Source: Myxococcota bacterium (GTDB lineage Bacteria; Myxococcota_A; SURF-8). From it: DNA of 64,000 nucleotides. The position numbers and the translations under genes are program-made. The stretch is from contig CAXXQS010000002.1 in assembly GCA_963674735.2 (NCBI GenBank), positions 64,001 through 128,000 on the forward strand. The letters run 5' to 3'. Positions 58,842 through 64,000 of the stretch are shown in pieces (within the stretch, counting starts at the first letter, position 1; every line of letters starts with the position of its first letter). The notes under the pieces were generated by a model that was given only the letters and a program-made list of their open reading frames with translations, had not been told where the DNA came from and searched no databases.

Positions 58842-61799
58842 TCACACTCCATATTCGGCGCGCTCGATGAGTTCAAGCTGCATGTCCCGGTTCAACGTCA
58901 CGAAGTAGGCGTTGTAGCCGGAGATGCGCACCAGCAGGTGCGGATAGTTCTCCGGATGAGCCATGGCGTCGCGCAAGGTATCCGAGGTGACGATGTTGAA
59001 CTGCATCTGCATGCCGCCCAGATCGAAATAGCTTTTCGCATACGCCCTGATGCGGTCGATGGTGGCGCGATGACCGTCCTTGGCGTCGGGCATGATTTTG
59101 ACGTTGAAGGCGATGTTGTTGGGCATATGGTGGGGATTCAGGGACGCCACGTCGCGAATCGGATCCAGCAGGGTGTCCGAAGCTTCGGGGCGCGGAGTCA
59201 GTCCGGGCGTGAAGGATTTGCCCGCCAGTCTTCCGGAGGGGAGCGCCCCGGCTAAACAGCCGAATGCGACGTGATTGGACATCGACCAGAACCCGGCCGT
59301 ATAGGGTCCGCCGCGAAAATTCGTATGGCCGCGCAGGCAGTCGTTGGTGAAGCCGGTCAGGCGGTTTGCAATAGCCAACGCCTCCACATCGCCGGAGCCG
59401 AATTTCGGCAGCCGGTTCAAAATGCGGGCGTGCAGGGCGGGATCGTCGGCGAAGTTCGTATCGATCGCTCTTTTAAACGCGGAAAAGGTGAGTTCCCGGG
59501 TTTCGAAAACGAGTTTTTTGATCGCGAGCAGGGAGTCGGTAACATCGGCCAGGCCGATGCATGCCATGCCCGTCGTGTTGTAGGTCGCGCCACCCGCAGT
59601 GACGTCCTTGCCGGATTCGAGGGTTCCTTCGATCATGGACGAAAGTAACGGCGTTGGGCGAATCAGGGCGTGCGCCTCGCTCAGATAATAGTTGTACTCG
59701 CAGACCTGATCGATGAGGAAGCCGTACTGCGCGGTGAAGGCGTCGAAGAAGTCCTCGAAGGTCGCGAACGCGTCTCGTTCGAGGTTGCCGGTTTCCGGAC
59801 CGATCTTCCAGTCCATGAGCGGATGTTTGCCGTTGTTGAGCGCCATCTCCAGCGCGGCCACCATGTTCATCATGATGTTGCCGGTGTGGCCCATGTGTCT
59901 GCCGGAAATCGTTGGTTCCACGCAGCCGGTCGCCGCCCAGTCGCGGCGGTGTTCGTCCGGGTAGCCGAAGCTTTCAAGCGCCGTCAGCACCGCTTCGTCG
60001 TTGTGCATCGATGGCGTGGCCGCGGTAAGCAGGTTCACTTCGCACAGCCGCTGCAGATAGGTTTCCGAGTTGACCCCGCGATGGAAGCGGGCGTTGACGT
60101 TCGGATCGCGGATCGCGAGCAGTTCGGTTACCTTAAGGAACACATACGTCATGTCGTTGACCGCGCTCGATCCGTCCGGCTTCACGCCTCCCAGAGTGAT
60201 CGCTTGGTCGGATGAGCTTCCCCCGAACAGAAAATTGCCGATATCCGGGATCAGCGGCAGATGATCCGTGCAGCGCATGTAGAAACAGCCGACCAGCTCC
60301 ACAACCCGCTCGATGTATCGCCGCCTCTCCTCGGCCGACTGCAGGGCTTCAATTTCCGCATGGAAATAGGGCTGCAACCACTGGTCCATTCGCCCAAGTG
60401 ACAAGCCCGCGTTGGTGTTTTCCATATGCAGCGCCACCCACACGATCCATATCGCGTTGAGCGCTTCATGCAGCGTTCGTGCCGGATGCCGTGGGGCGTG
60501 GCGACAGAAACTCGCCAACTCGTTCAGTTCGCCCGCCCGTTCGGCGTCCGCTTCGATCTCGGCCAGTCTCGCCACCTCGCTTGCCAAATTATCCGCGTAG
60601 ACTTCCACGCCTTCCAGGCAACGCAGCATGGCGCGAAGCACGTTGCGCCTGCTACGCTCCTTCTCGTCCATCTTCGACAGTTCCCGCTCTATCTCGGCCG
60701 CCATGCCGCTCGTGCCGAGCCGAAGCAGCTTGGGGAAATCGGCGATCGTGTGGGAGATCGCGACCGTTTTCCAGATGAAATACACAGCGAAGCGCTCGTC
60801 GAGCTGCTGGCACAAGGGTTCCCCGTGCTTGCGGCGCACCCATTCGCGAATGTTCCGCTTCTCCCAGAAGGGGAAAACGTCGTGATGCAGGACGCGGCGG
60901 GTATCTTCCGACACGTCGTAGGGATTCAACTCCCGCTCGTGGGCCGAGAACAGCTCGCCCCAGATCGTGGTCGCATGTGTGTCGGGATAAAGAACTACGC
61001 CGATCTCCTCGGTGGTCGTGGTTCCGGCCAGCAGGTCGTTTTCACGGATGATCGGTTTTTTGTTCGCCAGAAGGTGGTGGAGCAGCTCCGCCTGCCGAAG
61101 TTCCGGGACCCACGCGTTTCCTTCGCTATCCGTTTCGAACCCATGTCGCCTGCACCAGTCGGTGACCAGTGCAGCGCGCTCGTGACAGATCACGGGCTTT
61201 TTCGTGAAGTGGATGTCGCGAAAAGCGGCCAGGCGCGGAAAGTCGCTCAGCGAATACGCGGAGAGGTAGGGATCGTCGAGGTGCGGCGCGTCCTGGTCGA
61301 ATTCGCCGTGCAAGCGTTCGCGCCGGATCGGCTGTGGTCGGGACGACTTGCCGTTCTCCTTCGACGAGCCGTTCGCGAACGGTTTTGCTGCGAGCTTTTT
61401 CCGTCGCATGCGGCTGTGCTTGTTCTTCAGCAGCACGGCCAAAAGGAAATTGAACTTGTTCATGGTGGCCAGGTTGCCGCTGATGCGCAGTTTGTTCTGC
61501 AGCATCAGGTCCATGACCTCCTCGGGCGTGACCGAAAGCATGTCTTTCAGAACCGTCAGGTCCTTGAAGGTCATGACGGTGTCCACCGCTTCGGGAATGT
61601 CGCGAAGAGGTCGAACGACGCCCCTTTCAACCCGAACCCCAAGGCGGACCGCATCGTCCACCGTCCGCAATCCGATGGAGAAGTCCATCCACCCATCGAG
61701 GTCACGGAGATAGTGACGGTTGGACGGGCGTACGCGATACAGGACACCCATCAAGCGCAGTAGGTTGTAAACAACCGCTTCCGACATACGTGCGTTCAT
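58842..61799 (-). CDS. Glycyl radical enzyme (PFL2/eliminase-like) with N-terminal SCP2-like extension
   Basis: GRMDQ, TGCVEP Cys loop, QMQFNIV, LVRISGY Gly loop; about 200-aa N-terminal extension; ATG 61799 with GGAGG. Confidence 0.9.
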   Translation of the reverse strand: MNARMSEAVVYNLLRLMGVLYRVRPSNRHYLRDLDGWMDFSIGLRTVDDAVRLGVRVERGVVRPLRDIPEAVDTVMTFKDLTVLKDMLSVTPEEVMDLMLQNKLRISGNLATMNKFNFLLAVLLKNKHSRMRRKKLAAKPFANGSSKENGKSSRPQPIRRERLHGEFDQDAPHLDDPYLSAYSLSDFPRLAAFRDIHFTKKPVICHERAALVTDWCRRHGFETDSEGNAWVPELRQAELLHHLLANKKPIIRENDLLAGTTTTEEIGVVLYPDTHATTIWGELFSAHERELNPYDVSEDTRRVLHHDVFPFWEKRNIREWVRRKHGEPLCQQLDERFAVYFIWKTVAISHTIADFPKLLRLGTSGMAAEIERELSKMDEKERSRRNVLRAMLRCLEGVEVYADNLASEVARLAEIEADAERAGELNELASFCRHAPRHPARTLHEALNAIWIVWVALHMENTNAGLSLGRMDQWLQPYFHAEIEALQSAEERRRYIERVVELVGCFYMRCTDHLPLIPDIGNFLFGGSSSDQAITLGGVKPDGSSAVNDMTYVFLKVTELLAIRDPNVNARFHRGVNSETYLQRLCEVNLLTAATPSMHNDEAVLTALESFGYPDEHRRDWAATGCVEPTISGRHMGHTGNIMMNMVAALEMALNNGKHPLMDWKIGPETGNLERDAFATFEDFFDAFTAQYGFLIDQVCEYNYYLSEAHALIRPTPLLSSMIEGTLESGKDVTAGGATYNTTGMACIGLADVTDSLLAIKKLVFETRELTFSAFKRAIDTNFADDPALHARILNRLPKFGSGDVEALAIANRLTGFTNDCLRGHTNFRGGPYTAGFWSMSNHVAFGCLAGALPSGRLAGKSFTPGLTPRPEASDTLLDPIRDVASLNPHHMPNNIAFNVKIMPDAKDGHRATIDRIRAYAKSYFDLGGMQMQFNIVTSDTLRDAMAHPENYPHLLVRISGYNAYFVTLNRDMQLELIERAEYGV

Positions 61800-62012
61800 C
61801 GTGCCTCCGCCCGGCGCCCAGCATCGGCGGTTGTCCGACGGCTTGCGCGGGTTCGATGCGTTCAGGTACATATACGAGCGTGATTATAAGAGAAAACGGA
61901 AGTTTCCACAAACCGATAGCGCATAATCCGCATCGCATGGGTCCGGATGGGGTTGCGACGCACGGCGGTGACGAAACCTTTGACGGATTTCGCCGCCAAG
62001 CGGCTCACGATC

Positions 62013-62049
62013 TCTCATAACAATTGGGGGCACTGTCGGGGGCAGGTCA
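62013..62049. mobile_element. Solitary IS3-like terminal repeat
   Basis: CTCATAACAATTGGGGGCACTGTCGGGGGCAGGTCA; its reverse complement begins TGACCTGC like the end at 56487. Confidence 0.45.
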
Positions 62050-62179
62050 TCTCAGATCCGTAAATGGCCGGGTAGATCCTTGGCTCAATAACCACTGTTA
62101 AGCATTCTCACGTGGTTCTCTTTCCGGTCGGGATCTTCAAACTGTGATAGGATAGAGCATCGTCGCGAATTTGAAAAGG

Positions 62180-62935
62180 ATGAATAGCATGGTCAATGTC
62201 GGAACACTTGCTTTCGTTGCTGGAGCCACCGGCTATGTCGGCCAGTACGTGGTCCAACAACTGTCCAAACAGGAGATTTCCGTCGTGGCTCACATTCGTC
62301 CCGATTCCAAACGGTTGGATGAATGGTGCAAACGCTTGGAAATTCAAAACGTTCGGATCGATACCACCGTGTGGAGCGTGAAAGCCATGGCTGAAACCTT
62401 TCGCCGTCTACAGCCATCGGTCATCTTTTGCTTGATCGGCACCACACGCTCCCGAATGTCGAACTATCGCAAAGAAGGCCAGCCTGCAACTGAAGCATCT
62501 TATGAGGCCATCGATTATGGACTCACGCAGATCCTTATCGATGCTGCTCAGCAAGCGGATATACAACCGCAATTTGTCTATCTCTCCGCAATGGGAACCA
62601 GTCCCCAGGCCAAAGGGGCATACATGAAGGCCCGTTACAAGGCCGAGCAGGCAGTAATTTATAGCGATCTACCATATACGATCCTTCGTCCAGCCATCAT
62701 TACTGGTTCGGATCGCGAGGAATCCCGCTTGGCCGAACAATGGGGTGGAAAGATTCTGGACGGAATCCTCACTATCGGGAAGGTTTTGGGGTTCCGTTCA
62801 GCAGCGAACTATCGTTCCATCAGTGGAAAAGGTCTGGCGGACGTGTTGGTACAGGTAGTGCTGGATTCAGAGTTGGAGAATCGTATCATCGAGCGACAGG
62901 AGTTTGAAGGAGCGCGTTCAGCAGAATCCAAATGA
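62180..62935 (+). CDS. NAD(P)H-binding atypical SDR protein
   Basis: GATGYVG, CLIGTT, YMKARYKAE, LRPAII. Confidence 0.88.
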   Translation: MNSMVNVGTLAFVAGATGYVGQYVVQQLSKQEISVVAHIRPDSKRLDEWCKRLEIQNVRIDTTVWSVKAMAETFRRLQPSVIFCLIGTTRSRMSNYRKEGQPATEASYEAIDYGLTQILIDAAQQADIQPQFVYLSAMGTSPQAKGAYMKARYKAEQAVIYSDLPYTILRPAIITGSDREESRLAEQWGGKILDGILTIGKVLGFRSAANYRSISGKGLADVLVQVVLDSELENRIIERQEFEGARSAESK

Positions 62936-62992
62936 AGGGGAGTCTCATCATGCTCGATATTATTTGCAAACGCCGTTTTCATTCTGAATCAC

Positions 62993-63190
62993 ATGTTGTA
63001 TCGAGGCTTCGATCTGCCTTCTGAGCGGCAATCGGAAATCGCGAACGCCAACCCGTATTTTCTGGAGCGGGCCGAACGGTGTCGAAAGGAAACGGGAAGC
63101 CTGCCCAACTTCGTGATCGTGGATTTCTATTTCATCGGCGACGTGTTTGATGTGGTGGATAGTCTTAGCGGAATCGCCTCGGCGAAGTGA
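62993..63190 (+). pseudogene. C-terminal fragment of a PI-PLC X-like phosphodiesterase
   Basis: AERC......PNFVIVDFY..GDVFDVVDSL resembles the C-terminus of PI-PLC-like proteins; the N-terminal part is absent. Confidence 0.5.
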
Positions 63191-63213
63191 TCGGCAATTG
63201 AGAAGGAGAAAAC

Positions 63214-64000
63214 ATGCGTAAGTTCTGTGTCTTATTTCTCGTTATCTCTTGGGTCATCATGTTGCTTCCCGCATGTTCGGATGAATCCGACACGTCATCC
63301 GATCTCGATGGCGATACAGATTCGGAGTTTTTGGAGATGGAAGAAGAGTTCGAGAACGGAATCTCGGACGGGAATGAGATCGATGGAGATGAAGACTTCA
63401 CCGAGACAGAGACCGACATTTCAAGCGGAGAGTTTGGTTTATTGACCTACAACGTGGCGGGTCTTCCGGAAGGATTATCGTCCTCGAATCCGGAAGTCAA
63501 TATTCCCCAGATCAGCCCGATGCTCAATGCCTATGATATCGTTTTGGTTCAAGAAGACTTCTGGTATCATGAATTATTAATACAAGACCTGTCCCATCCC
63601 TACCAGTCGGAGCCGATGTGGGAGGAACCAGATTGGCTGAACATGGGGGATGGCTTGAACCGGTTTTCGATTTTCGAGTTCGGTGAGGTGTCTAGAGTAA
63701 CATGGGTCGAATGCAACGGGGATCTTGATTGCGCCAGCGACTGTATGACGACAAAGGGCTTCTCTATGGCGCGGACAAAGTTCCCCGGCGGTCTCACTGT
63801 AGACATCTACAATCTCCACATGGACGCCGGTCGCTGTGATGGCGATTATCTCGCCCGCGACAAAGGTATGGATCAGATGATCGACTACATCAAAGACTTT
63901 TCCGAAGGCAACGCGCTTCTGGTGGCAGGAGATTTCAACTTGCATTCAGACAATGATGCGGATGTAGAGTTATTGGAACGACTTATGGAGTCGTCAGATT
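63214..64000 (+). CDS. Endonuclease/exonuclease/phosphatase (sphingomyelinase-like) lipoprotein, runs off the window
   Basis: AAGGAG RBS; MRKFCVLFL...LPAC lipobox; acidic DGD linker; LTYNVAGLP, VQEDF, GDGL, KGF, YNLHMDAG, AGDFN; absent from the ORF track because there is no stop in the window. Confidence 0.88.
   Translation, partial: MRKFCVLFLVISWVIMLLPACSDESDTSSDLDGDTDSEFLEMEEEFENGISDGNEIDGDEDFTETETDISSGEFGLLTYNVAGLPEGLSSSNPEVNIPQISPMLNAYDIVLVQEDFWYHELLIQDLSHPYQSEPMWEEPDWLNMGDGLNRFSIFEFGEVSRVTWVECNGDLDCASDCMTTKGFSMARTKFPGGLTVDIYNLHMDAGRCDGDYLARDKGMDQMIDYIKDFSEGNALLVAGDFNLHSDNDADVELLERLMESSD

Overview
A GC-rich (visually about 60%) bacterial chromosomal window. Its gene content suggests a Myxococcota/deltaproteobacterial lineage (inference from AgmX/GltG-like TonB-C proteins, a MYXO-CTERM-like tail and acidic DGD-repeat lipoproteins). 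The centre (about 13.7-50.9 kb) is a large Wzx/Wzy-type exopolysaccharide/glycosylation locus: Wza, a Wzc with a degenerate kinase, four GT4s, a GT2-nucleotidyltransferase fusion, a phosphodiesterase, PGT/WecG fusions, a flippase, a tandem GNAT, a HAD, two GT-C enzymes, GH9 and Wzy/WaaL. It is interleaved with a hybrid kinase-Hpt, STAS, RsbW-like and REC-PP2C partner-switching module and an HTH-PilZ regulator. The most unusual signal is non-coding: two diverged copies of a roughly 450-bp element (about 9835-10290 and 52343-52800). Their conserved blocks (an AT-rich tract, IHF-like sites and an identical 20-bp palindromic box) sit at one constant ungapped offset of 42,508 bp. Other highlights are a PatF/LynF-like prenyltransferase coupled to a B12-radical SAM gene, an SCP2-like-fused glycyl radical enzyme among lipid genes, an AT-rich orphan gene boxed by 232-bp REP-like direct repeats, several REP families and an internally deleted IS3. 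No rRNA, tRNA or CRISPR array was seen. All calls come from motif reading by eye; no database searches were run.
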